A stretch of 64,000 nt of DNA. Source: Phascolarctobacterium succinatutens. Its GTDB lineage: Bacteria > Bacillota > Clostridia > Christensenellales > CAG-917. The DNA lies in contig CAVBBF010000003.1 of assembly GCA_963593735.1 (NCBI GenBank), positions 72 through 64,071 of the forward strand. The letters run 5' to 3'. This document shows, piece after piece, positions 35,107 to 43,217 of this stretch. Made by a program: the position numbers and the translations under genes. Position 1 is the stretch's first letter, and each line of letters starts with the position of its first letter. Below the pieces are notes generated by a model, which saw only the letters and a list, made by a program, of their open reading frames with translations, was not told where the DNA came from and searched no databases.

Positions 35107-36831
35107 TTATATTACAGTTACGCTTTTTGCGAGATTTCTCGGCTTGTCGGGGTTTAATCCCATACAGAGCGAGGTGGTCAGGGCGAGCGATTGAAGGGGA
35201 ATGACCGACAAAATCGGGTACAGCAATTCGTCCTTGCAATCGGGCAAAACGAACGTCTTGCTTGCGCCCACGTCGCCTATCGACGTGAGTGCGATGACGT
35301 ATGCGCCTCTCGATTTCAATTCGCTCACGCTTGCCGCCGTGCGCTCTTTGTCGTGCGGATTCGTTGCAATCACGGTGACTATGCTCTTTGAATCTATGAG
35401 GGCAATCGTGCCGTGTTTGAGTTCGCCCGACTGATACGCGTCCGTCATTTTGTAGGTGATTTCCTTAAACTTCAACGCGCCCTCTCTTGCTGTCACGAAG
35501 TCGAGTCCTTTGCCGATGAAAAACAGATTCGCTTTCTTGATTTTTTCTTCGTACAGCGAGAGCGCGCTCGCAATGCGAACGTTTTGCACAAATGCGGATA
35601 TTTCGCTTTTTTGCGGAGTTTGATCGTGACAGATTTTCGCGATGGCGTACAATGCAAGCAGTTGGCATACATAGGATTTAGTCGCTGCCACGGCAACTTC
35701 CGCGCCTGCGTCGAGTTGCAGCGTTTTGTCCGCCTCGAAAGTTATGCTGCTTGCTTCGACGTTTGTCAGTGCAACCGTTTTTGCGCCCGATTCTTTACAA
35801 CGCTTGAGCGCGAGAATGGTGTCCGCCGTTTCGCCGCTTTGCGTGATGAAAAAGCAGACGGAGTTTTTCGATAAGAACCTTATGCCCGAAAACTCGCTTG
35901 CCACTTCGCATATGCACGGAATGCCCAAAAGTCGTTCGAAAACGTCCTTTCCGTACAATCCGGCGTGGTACGCCGTGCCGCAACCGCAAAACACGATTTT
36001 TTCGGCGTTTTTCAAGTCGTTTATCAATTTTTCGTCAACGTTTTTTACGACGCTTTTGTATGTTCTTAGGAGCGCGCGCGGGATTTCGTCGATTTCCGAG
36101 CGCATATGACAAGAACATTCTTTCGGAGCGGTGCGCTTGATTTTGATAGGCTTTTTGATTTTCCTTTCGCTGTTCTTGAAAAATTCTGCGGAATCGGCGG
36201 TGATTTTTGCACATTCGCCGTCGCTCAAAACCACGATGTTTTGCGTGTATTTGCCAAGCGCGAGCGTATCGCTCGCAACAAAGGTTTCGCCTTTTCCGAG
36301 TCCGACGGCAAGCGACGCGCCGCACCTCCTCAGATAAATTGCGTTTTCGCCCTCTTTTATTGCAAGAAACGTCGTTGCGCCTTTAAGGCGTTTGCCGACA
36401 TTTTCGATTGCCGATGCCATATCGCAAGTTTCGAGCGCAAGCATATGCGCTATGATTTCGCTGTCCGTATCCGACGAAAACGTTATTCCTTTTTCGGACA
36501 GTTCTGCTTTAAGGTCTTCGGCGTTGCTTATCACGCCGTTGTGCGCAACGGCGATTTTGCCGTCGAAGGACAAATGAGGATGCGCGTTTTTCTCGCACAC
36601 CTTGCCGTGAGTTGCCCATCTCGTATGCCCGATTCCCACTTGCGCGGAAAGGGAAGGCACTTTCTTTTTTAGCAATTCGACGCGGCCGACTGCTTTGAAC
36701 ACCTTGATTTTCTCGCCTGAAATTGCGGCGATACCTGCGCTGTCATAGCCTCGATACTCAAGTGTCTTCAATCCGTCAAGCACGATTTTTTCGGCGCTTT
36801 GAAAGCCGACGTAGCCAATAATTCCGCACAT
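35107..36831 (-). CDS. glmS: Glutamine--fructose-6-phosphate aminotransferase
   Basis: It starts MCGIIGY (Ntn glutaminase Cys2). The SIS domain motifs GCGTAYHAG and ITQSGETADT are present. The C-terminus is NLAKSVTVI. Confidence 0.95.
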   Translation of the reverse strand: MCGIIGYVGFQSAEKIVLDGLKTLEYRGYDSAGIAAISGEKIKVFKAVGRVELLKKKVPSLSAQVGIGHTRWATHGKVCEKNAHPHLSFDGKIAVAHNGVISNAEDLKAELSEKGITFSSDTDSEIIAHMLALETCDMASAIENVGKRLKGATTFLAIKEGENAIYLRRCGASLAVGLGKGETFVASDTLALGKYTQNIVVLSDGECAKITADSAEFFKNSERKIKKPIKIKRTAPKECSCHMRSEIDEIPRALLRTYKSVVKNVDEKLINDLKNAEKIVFCGCGTAYHAGLYGKDVFERLLGIPCICEVASEFSGIRFLSKNSVCFFITQSGETADTILALKRCKESGAKTVALTNVEASSITFEADKTLQLDAGAEVAVAATKSYVCQLLALYAIAKICHDQTPQKSEISAFVQNVRIASALSLYEEKIKKANLFFIGKGLDFVTAREGALKFKEITYKMTDAYQSGELKHGTIALIDSKSIVTVIATNPHDKERTAASVSELKSRGAYVIALTSIGDVGASKTFVLPDCKDELLYPILSVIPLQSLALTTSLCMGLNPDKPRNLAKSVTVI

Positions 36832-36957
36832 ATCATATGTATATGCAACGCCGTTTCACAAGGTGCTTATGACGGAGTATTCATATATAATCAACGATAA
36901 AACGATTGCAAACGAACGCAAACAAATAATAATTTCCGTATTAAACGGCGTAAAAGC

Positions 36958-37030
36958 AATGAAAAACAATGCAAAAAACAACGCAAAAAACAACGCAAAA
37001 CTTCGAAAAATAACGTAAAAAACGATGTAT
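36958..37030. repeat. Phased A-tract repeats (period about 11-12 bp) in the glmS/GH31 divergent promoter region
   Basis: A4-A6 tracts start at 36962, 36973, 36985, 36997, 37006 and 37017. The unit is AAAAAACAACGC. Confidence 0.7.
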
Positions 37031-37047
37031 AAATCGTCGCCTCGGTA

Positions 37048-37076
37048 TTGACACTTTGCCGCTTGCTTGCTATCAT
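37048..37076 (+). promoter_or_regulatory. Sigma-70-type promoter of the GH31 gene
   Basis: TTGACA (37048-37053), a 17-nt spacer, then TATCAT (37071-37076). Confidence 0.6.
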
Positions 37077-37126
37077 ATTTTGGAAGGATGATATCCTACA
37101 TCTAACAAGAACAGGACGGAGACAAT

Positions 37127-39229
37127 ATGAGATTTTCGCAGCAACTCGCACCGTGCAAAAAAGAGAATACAATCATTGTCGGCGACGTGCGCATAAGCGT
37201 GCTTTCGCCCCGAGCGTTGCGTATAGAAAAGGGCAGTTTTACGGACAATCGCACGCAGTTTGCGTTTTGCAGAGATTACGCAAATCCGCAGTTTAAGTAT
37301 GCAAAAAACGGCGATGAAGTGTCGATTGAAACGGAAATGTGCTTTTTCAGCGTAAACACAAATACACTTTCGACATCCGTTACGTTCAAAAACGGCGAGA
37401 GTGCAACGCCCTCGAATGCGTTCAATCTCGGCGGCACAGCAAGGACATTGGACGGTACGTTCGGGTTGCTCGGCGGCTGGAAAAACAAGCGTGAAAAGAA
37501 AGACCATGTCGGCATTGCGCATATCAGAAAAGGTATATTCGCTTTGAACGGCGTGAGCGAAATCGACGATTCCGCATCCGTTATTCTCAACGTTGACGGC
37601 AGCGTTTCGCCTCGTCCCGCGGCGACGAAAGACAAGTATATTTTCGCTTTCGGAAGGGACTATCTCGGCGGACTCAAAGAGTTTTATTCGCTTTCGGGAT
37701 TCACGCCGCTTTTACCAAAGTACGCTCTCGGCAACTGGTGGTCGCGCTATCACGCCTACACCGACAAAGAGTATCTCGCACTTATGGACAAATTCGAGCA
37801 AAAAAACGTGCCGCTCACCGTTGCCACGATAGATATGGATTGGCATATCGTAAAAAATGCGCCAAAGGATGCAGAATACAAATCCTTTCAAGGCGCAGGG
37901 TGGACGGGGTATACGTTTGAAAAGGAATTGTTCCCCGATCCCGAAGGTTTTTTGCAAGACCTCAAAGACCGCAATCTCGCGGTCACGATGAACTTGCACC
38001 CTCGCGACGGCGTTCGCTATTTCGAGGAGCAGTACCCTCAAATGTGCCGTGCGCTCGGCGTAGATCCGCAGACAAAGCGCACGCTCGAATTTGATCTCAC
38101 CGACGAGAAATTCCGCAATGCATACTTCGATATTTTGCACCACCCGTACGAGAAGATGGGCGTTGACTTTTGGTGGATAGACTGGCAACAAGGCACAAAG
38201 TCCAAAATGAAAAATCTCGATCCGCTTTGGCTTCTCAACCACTATCACACGCTCGACATCAACCGCGACGGAAAGGGCAGCGTGATTCTTTCAAGATACG
38301 CGGGGCTCGGCTCGCACCGCTATCCGCTCGGTTTTTCGGGGGATACGATTGTGTGCTGGAACAGTTTGAAATTCCAACCCTATTTCACCGCGCTCGCGTC
38401 CAATGCGGGCTACACTTGGTGGTCGCACGACATAGGCGGACACCTTTTGGGCAAGGGCGACAACGAACTGTATTTGAGATGGTTGCAATACGGCGTGTTC
38501 TCGCCGATAAACCGCCTGCATTCCAACAACAAAGCGATGAGCAAAGAGCCGTGGAACTACACGCAAGTCGAAACGATTGCCGAGGACTTTTTGCGCTTGC
38601 GCCACAGGCTTTTGCCGTATTTGTACACGGCAAACGTAAAGACGGCAACGGAGGGCGTTCCGCTCATATGCCCGACGTATTACTATTCGCAAGATAGTCG
38701 CGCATACGACAAAAAGTGGCGCAATCAATACTATTTCGGCGCGCAAATGTACGTTTGCCCCGTCACGCACAAGGGCAAAAACGGCGTGACGAAGCAAAAG
38801 TTTTGGCTTCCGAGCGGCGTATGGTTCGACTTTTTCACGGGCGAAAGATTCGAGGGCGGAAAGGAATATCAAAGAGAATATCCGCTCGACAGATACCCTG
38901 TGTTCGTCAAAGAGGGCGCGATTATACCGCTACTAAATCAAGACAAGAACTCGACCGAGTTTAAGGATATAGAACTCAAAGTTTATCTCGGCAACAACGT
39001 CTACACGATGTTCGACGAGCAAGGCAAAATCTCCGTCGCAATGAAAAATGATGAGAAAGGGTATGATGTGATAATCATTCCCGAAAACGTAAAAACCGAG
39101 CGTCTAACCGTGTCTTTTGCAAATATCGAAGAAGCGAACGTCGAGTTGAACGGACAACAATCGGATTTGAAATCGCTTGAAAATATGCCTTGCAAACCTA
39201 TGAAAATCCGCATCGAAAATGCGAGATAA
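37127..39229 (+). CDS. Glycoside hydrolase family 31 protein (alpha-glucosidase/alpha-xylosidase-like)
   Basis: This is a 700-aa ORF. GH31-like blocks are TIDMDWH, VDFWWIDWQQG, RYPLGFSGDT and WWSHDIGGH. Confidence 0.85.
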   Translation: MRFSQQLAPCKKENTIIVGDVRISVLSPRALRIEKGSFTDNRTQFAFCRDYANPQFKYAKNGDEVSIETEMCFFSVNTNTLSTSVTFKNGESATPSNAFNLGGTARTLDGTFGLLGGWKNKREKKDHVGIAHIRKGIFALNGVSEIDDSASVILNVDGSVSPRPAATKDKYIFAFGRDYLGGLKEFYSLSGFTPLLPKYALGNWWSRYHAYTDKEYLALMDKFEQKNVPLTVATIDMDWHIVKNAPKDAEYKSFQGAGWTGYTFEKELFPDPEGFLQDLKDRNLAVTMNLHPRDGVRYFEEQYPQMCRALGVDPQTKRTLEFDLTDEKFRNAYFDILHHPYEKMGVDFWWIDWQQGTKSKMKNLDPLWLLNHYHTLDINRDGKGSVILSRYAGLGSHRYPLGFSGDTIVCWNSLKFQPYFTALASNAGYTWWSHDIGGHLLGKGDNELYLRWLQYGVFSPINRLHSNNKAMSKEPWNYTQVETIAEDFLRLRHRLLPYLYTANVKTATEGVPLICPTYYYSQDSRAYDKKWRNQYYFGAQMYVCPVTHKGKNGVTKQKFWLPSGVWFDFFTGERFEGGKEYQREYPLDRYPVFVKEGAIIPLLNQDKNSTEFKDIELKVYLGNNVYTMFDEQGKISVAMKNDEKGYDVIIIPENVKTERLTVSFANIEEANVELNGQQSDLKSLENMPCKPMKIRIENAR

Positions 39230-39230
39230 C

Positions 39231-39330
39231 AGCACCTTAACGAGGTGTGAAAACGCACGATAACTACGTCCTTAACGAGGACTTAAAACGTGCGGTAAAA
39301 GCATTCTTGACGAGAATAACGAAAGGCGTT
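39231..39330. repeat. Three tandem ~35-bp units, each a short hairpin with the conserved loop TT(A/G)ACGA
   Basis: The hairpins are CACC-ttaacga-GGTG, GTCC-ttaacga-GGAC and ATTC-ttgacga-GAAT. The stems differ but stay complementary. Confidence 0.65.
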
Positions 39331-39362
39331 TGCAAAAAATATCCGATTTTTGACAAAAACGC

Positions 39363-39391
39363 TTGACTTATTTTGTTATATTTAATATTAT
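39363..39391 (+). promoter_or_regulatory. Sigma-70-type promoter of rplM-rpsI
   Basis: TTGACT (39363-39368), a 17-nt spacer, then TATTAT (39386-39391). Confidence 0.6.
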
Positions 39392-39488
39392 TATCAAGCA
39401 TATTTTTGAAAGACGTACGGCGCGAGAAGAACTAGCCCCTCCGATCTAAGCCTTGCTCTTGCGAAAACAAATTTTGGAGGTTAGCACA

Positions 39489-39953
39489 ATGGCTAAGGAT
39501 TTGTCAACAATGGCAAAAAACAATAAGTCTTATATGGCAAAGCCCGGCGAAGTTGAAAGCAAGTGGTATGTTGTCGATGCAACCGATATGGTTCTCGGCC
39601 GCCTTGCATCTCAGGTTGCTTCTATCCTTAAAGGTAAGAACAAACCCGAATATACACCCAACGTCGACTGCGGCGACCACGTTATAATCATCAACTGCGA
39701 AAAGGTCGTTCTCACAGGCAAAAAACTCGAAGACAAATACTATCGTTATCACACCGGTTACATCGGCGGCTTGAAGGAAATTCAGTACAAGAAATTGATG
39801 GCTGAAAAACCCGAATTCGTTGTGTACAAGGCAGTCAAGGGTATGCTTCCCAAGAATACTCTCGGCGCAAAGATGCTCAAAAAACTCCGCGTTTACGTCG
39901 GTGCAGAGCACGATCATCAGGCACAATGCCCCGTTGAGTTGAAACTCAACTGA
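39489..39953 (+). CDS. rplM: 50S ribosomal protein L13
   Basis: It contains [27 protein letters not shown]...GMLPKN. GGAGG (39476-39480) lies 8 nt before the ATG at 39489. The ORF-track start at 39453 is probably too far upstream. Confidence 0.95.
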   Translation: MAKDLSTMAKNNKSYMAKPGEVESKWYVVDATDMVLGRLASQVASILKGKNKPEYTPNVDCGDHVIIINCEKVVLTGKKLEDKYYRYHTGYIGGLKEIQYKKLMAEKPEFVVYKAVKGMLPKNTLGAKMLKKLRVYVGAEHDHQAQCPVELKLN

Positions 39954-39967
39954 TTGAGAGGTGAAAT

Positions 39968-40381
39968 ATGGCTACTAAGAAAACCAAGAAAGTTCAATAT
40001 CTCGGCACTGGCAGAAGAAAGACGGCAATCGCAAGAGTTCGTCTTATCCCCGGCGGCGAAGGCAGCATCGTCATCAACAAACGTACTCTCGACGAGTATT
40101 TCCCTCTTGACACGATGAAACTCATCGTCAATCAACCCCTCGTTGCAACAGGCACGACCGACAAGTTCGACGTTTACGTCAACGTGTACGGCGGCGGTTA
40201 CACCGGTCAAGCAGGCGCAATCCGTCACGGTATTGCAAGAGCGCTCTGCGTCGCAGACAGCGAAGCATACAGAGCAATCCTCAAAAAAGAAGGTTACCTC
40301 ACTCGTGACCCGCGTGCGAAAGAGCGTAAGAAATACGGTTTGCACAAGGCACGTAAAGCACCTCAATTCTCAAAACGTTAA
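39968..40381 (+). CDS. rpsI: 30S ribosomal protein S9
   Basis: It contains [14 protein letters not shown]...[19 protein letters not shown]...[18 protein letters not shown]. Confidence 0.95.
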   Translation: MATKKTKKVQYLGTGRRKTAIARVRLIPGGEGSIVINKRTLDEYFPLDTMKLIVNQPLVATGTTDKFDVYVNVYGGGYTGQAGAIRHGIARALCVADSEAYRAILKKEGYLTRDPRAKERKKYGLHKARKAPQFSKR

Positions 40382-40407
40382 CCAATCGCGTTCAAGACGC
40401 ACAAACA

Positions 40408-40436
40408 AGCACGGCATATATGCCGTGCTTTTTCTT
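40408..40436 (+). terminator. rpsI terminator, and the first member of a repeated terminator module
   Basis: AGCACGGCA-tata-TGCCGTGCT followed by TTTTTCTTT. Confidence 0.8.
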
Positions 40437-41130
40437 TGTCAGGCTGCGGGCGAGGTGCTCACGTACTTCGTGTACGCTCCGCGCCTCGTTCTCGCCTTCC
40501 GCGACTTGTGCGCCTTACTCCGCGTTTGGTCAACGTTTTACAAGAGATAACTTGTCGAATTTCAACGTCGAAAAACAAAGCACAACTTCGGTTGTGCTTT
40601 TTCTTTGTCAAGTTGCGCGCGTGTTGCTCGTGTACGTCTATGCACACTGCGCTACGCGTGCTCACTTTTCGCGATTTTCGGCGTTTGCTCTGCGTCTGAC
40701 TTATCTCTTTACCAAACGTTCCGCGCCTCGTCCTCGCCTTCCGCGACTTGTGCGCCTTGCTCCGCGTTTGGTCAACGTTTTACAAGAGATAACCTGCCAA
40801 ATTCAAATGGCAACAACAAAAGCACGGCATTGCCGTGCTTTTTTTTCTGCGTCAGACTGCGTGCGTGTTGCTCGTGTACGTCTATGTACACTGCGCTACG
40901 CGTACTCGTCTTTCTTGACTCTTGCCATTTGCTCTTTGGCAATTCATCTCTTTGCGAGATAGTGCAATACGCACAAGCAAAGGACAACTTCGGCTTTTTC
41001 TTTGTCAAGTTGCGCGCGTGTTGCTCGTGTACGTCTATGTACACTGCGCTACGCGTACTCGTCTTTCTTGACTCTTGCCATTTGCTCTTTGGCAATTCAT
41101 CTCTTTGCGAAATAGTTTAGTGCGCACAAA
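40437..41130. repeat. About 700-bp mosaic of repeated modules. It includes further copies of the terminator module at 40579-40603 and 40821-40847, and a decayed copy near 40981.
   Basis: Module X is GTCAAGTTGCGCGCGTGTTGCTCGTGTACGTCTATGTACACTGCGCTACGCG, present three times. Module Y is TTCCGCGCCTCGTyCTCGCCTTCCGCGACTTGTGCGCCTTrCTCCGCGTTTGGTCAACGTTTTACAAGAGATAAC, present twice. Module Z is TCGTCTTTCTTGACTCTTGCCATTTGCTCTTTGGCAATTCATCTCTTTGCGA, present twice. Confidence 0.8.
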
Positions 41131-41162
41131 CAGCCCAAATGCGTTGCGCTTTTTTCACTTAT

Positions 41163-41192
41163 ATAAAAAGAGAATGGTGGTCGCCGTTCTCT
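41163..41192 (-). terminator. Possible terminator downstream of ispDF
   Basis: The minus strand reads AGAGAACGG-cgacca-CCATTCTCT followed by TTTTTATAT. It lies about 160 nt after the stop codon. Confidence 0.45.
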
Positions 41193-41352
41193 ATGGGATT
41201 TGCTTTAGTTTTTGTTTCCTCTTTGAATTGTCAATAATCGGACGTATTGTTGCTGCTATTGCCAAAATCAAAGGTTTTTGTGTTATTTTTTGCGATATCA
41301 ACTGCCGATTGTGCGGTTTCCGTTGCTTTGTTCTGTTGTTCGGATTCCTCTT

Positions 41353-42462
41353 TTACAGCAAAAGCGCAGTCGCAAAGCAGGCAATCGATTTCGAGTTGCC
41401 CAAATCGCCGACTTGCTCGTTCGTCGTCGCGGTTATGCCTATTCTTTCGCAAGGAATTTTCAACGTCCTCGATATATTGTTGCGCATTTGGTCGATATAG
41501 GGCGCAAGCATGGGACGTTCGGCAATTATCGCCACGCTGACGTTTTGGAGCGAGCGACCTTTTTCGGTTGCTTTTTTAAGCACGGTTTGCAAGAGTTCGA
41601 GACTGTCCGCGTCGTCGTAGCGAGAATCGTCTACGGGGAAGAGATGTCCGATGTCCTTTTCGCCGATTGCGGACAAAATCGCGTCCATAAGAGCGTGCAC
41701 CGCCACGTCGCCGTCGCTGTGAGCAACAAAAGAAAACTCGCAGGGAATAAGCGTTCCCATAAGTTTGATTCCGTTGCCCGACTTGAAGCGGTGTATGTCG
41801 TAGCCGATTCCGCAAAGGGGCGTGCGCAAATCTTCTTTGGTCGTGATTTTTATATTCTTGGGGTCGCCCTCGATAATCTTTACGTCGCAAGCGGCGTGCT
41901 TTTGAATGACCGCAATGTCGTCGAGATATTCGCCGTCGCACTTTGCGTACGCTTTGAGCAAAATGTCCGTTCTTGCGCAAACGGGGGTCTGCACTCTGCG
42001 ATAGTCCGCTCTGTCAACGGGGTCTACGCCGAATTTTATGCAAACGAGCGAATCCGTGAGGGGAAGAAGCGGAAGCGCAACGCCGTTTTCGAGCGCGCCT
42101 GCAATCACGCTGTTTATCAACGCCGTCGTGACGTAGGGGCGCGCGCCGTCGTGGATCATGACGTAGTCGCAATCGTCCTCGACTGCGTTAAGTCCGTGTT
42201 TCACGGTTTGAGTGCGAGTTATGCCGCCTTGCGTAAGCGCGATTCTGTTGTCCTCGATATGCGCGTTTTCGAGCGCGTTGAGCAATTCGTCGCTGTAAGA
42301 GGGGTGAATCGCCACGATGATTTTTGAAACTTGCTCGAATGTCAAAAAGGGTTTGATTGCTTCGACGACGACGCAAGAGTCGTTGCAGGGCGCAAAGAGT
42401 TTGTTTTCCGCGCCGTATCTCTGCGACGTGCCGCCGGCAGTTATAATAACGTTGATTTTCAT
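41353..42462 (-). CDS. ispDF: Bifunctional 2-C-methyl-D-erythritol 4-phosphate cytidylyltransferase / MEcPP synthase
   Basis: The N-terminal IspD part is VIITAGGTSQRYG. The C-terminal IspF part is GIGYDIHRF...VAHSDGDVAVHALMDAILSAIGEKDIGHLFP. Confidence 0.95.
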   Translation of the reverse strand: MKINVIITAGGTSQRYGAENKLFAPCNDSCVVVEAIKPFLTFEQVSKIIVAIHPSYSDELLNALENAHIEDNRIALTQGGITRTQTVKHGLNAVEDDCDYVMIHDGARPYVTTALINSVIAGALENGVALPLLPLTDSLVCIKFGVDPVDRADYRRVQTPVCARTDILLKAYAKCDGEYLDDIAVIQKHAACDVKIIEGDPKNIKITTKEDLRTPLCGIGYDIHRFKSGNGIKLMGTLIPCEFSFVAHSDGDVAVHALMDAILSAIGEKDIGHLFPVDDSRYDDADSLELLQTVLKKATEKGRSLQNVSVAIIAERPMLAPYIDQMRNNISRTLKIPCERIGITATTNEQVGDLGNSKSIACFATALLL

Positions 42463-42475
42463 AGTTCACCTTGTT

Positions 42476-42596
42476 GTGCCGTGGGCACAGTTATATTGCA
42501 CCTGCGGTGCAGTGATATTCTTGCTACGCGCGAGTGATATTGCACTTTGTGCAGCGATATTCTCGCTATGCGAGAGTGATATTGCGGCGTTGCCGC
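42476..42596. repeat. Tandem array of six mini-hairpins separated by the conserved linker AG(T/C)GATATT (about 21-22 nt period)
   Basis: In order, the hairpins and linkers are: GTGCC-gtg-GGCAC; agttatatt; GCACC-tgc-GGTGC; agtgatatt; CTTGC-tacgc-GCGAG; tgatatt; GCAC-ttt-GTGC; agcgatatt; CTCGC-tat-GCGAG; agtgatatt; GCGGC-gtt-GCCGC. Confidence 0.8.
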
Positions 42597-42644
42597 AATT
42601 TCGGGTGTGGGCAGAGCCCGCCCAAAATTATTCATTATTAATTA

Positions 42645-42887
42645 TTAATTAATAATTCTGTACATCGTTTCGGCGCTTTGCTTGGTTTGATGTTCGTCGA
42701 CGTTCAGCACTTCGAACGACATCGAATTGTTGCCGAAAGTCACCGTCACCACGTCGCCGACTTCTACGTCTTTTGCGGGTTTGACGACTTTGCCGTTGAT
42801 TTCGATACGTCCCCCGTCGCAAGCCTCTTGGGCTACGGTGCGGCGTTTTATCACTCTCGATACCTTCAAAAATTTGTCTATTCTCAT
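42645..42887 (-). CDS. Small S4-domain RNA-binding protein (YabO/RqcP/Hsp15-like)
   Basis: This is an 80-aa ORF. MRIDKFLKVSRVIKRRTVAQEACDGGRIEINGKVVKPAKDV matches the S4 alpha-L motif. Confidence 0.8.
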   Translation of the reverse strand: MRIDKFLKVSRVIKRRTVAQEACDGGRIEINGKVVKPAKDVEVGDVVTVTFGNNSMSFEVLNVDEHQTKQSAETMYRIIN

Positions 42888-42978
42888 AGAAAGTATTATA
42901 AGAAAAACGCGCGATTAAATCAAGAGGAAACATATATAAAATTGCCTAAAATTTATTAAAATTATATGCGCGCGACGC

Positions 42979-43007
42979 TTGACAGGCTTGATTTTTCAAT
43001 ATATAAT
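42979..43007 (+). promoter_or_regulatory. Consensus sigma-70 promoter upstream of rpoB (about 205-nt leader)
   Basis: TTGACA (42979-42984), a 17-nt spacer, then TATAAT (43002-43007). Confidence 0.65.
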
Positions 43008-43217
43008 AGAAAACTGCGCAATAATGCGGAATCCTACCCCTAAAACGCTGTGTTTTTGGGGGTAGGGGGTTATAAATACGTCCTGTATCGATAGCGATTC
43101 GCACGAAAAGCGTAGATTTTGAAAAAAATTTCGGGCGCAGAAAAAATTTTTTTTTCGGGGAAGTTTGAGATTTTTTGAAAAGTCGAAAATTCGGCAATTT
43201 TTTTAAGGAGTGAATAT

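Noticed and set aside
40420-41120. ORFs of 135-180 aa across the rpsI-ispDF repeat mosaic (40143-40550, 40420-40962, 40605-41120).
   Set aside because: The sequences are built from tandem non-coding modules that contain terminator hairpins. The translations are Cys/Arg/Leu/Ser-rich and internally repetitive, and there are no start-site signals.
41278-42327. A 349-aa plus-strand ORF overlapping ispDF.
   Set aside because: It is antisense to a gene with clear IspD and IspF motifs, and it has no motifs of its own.
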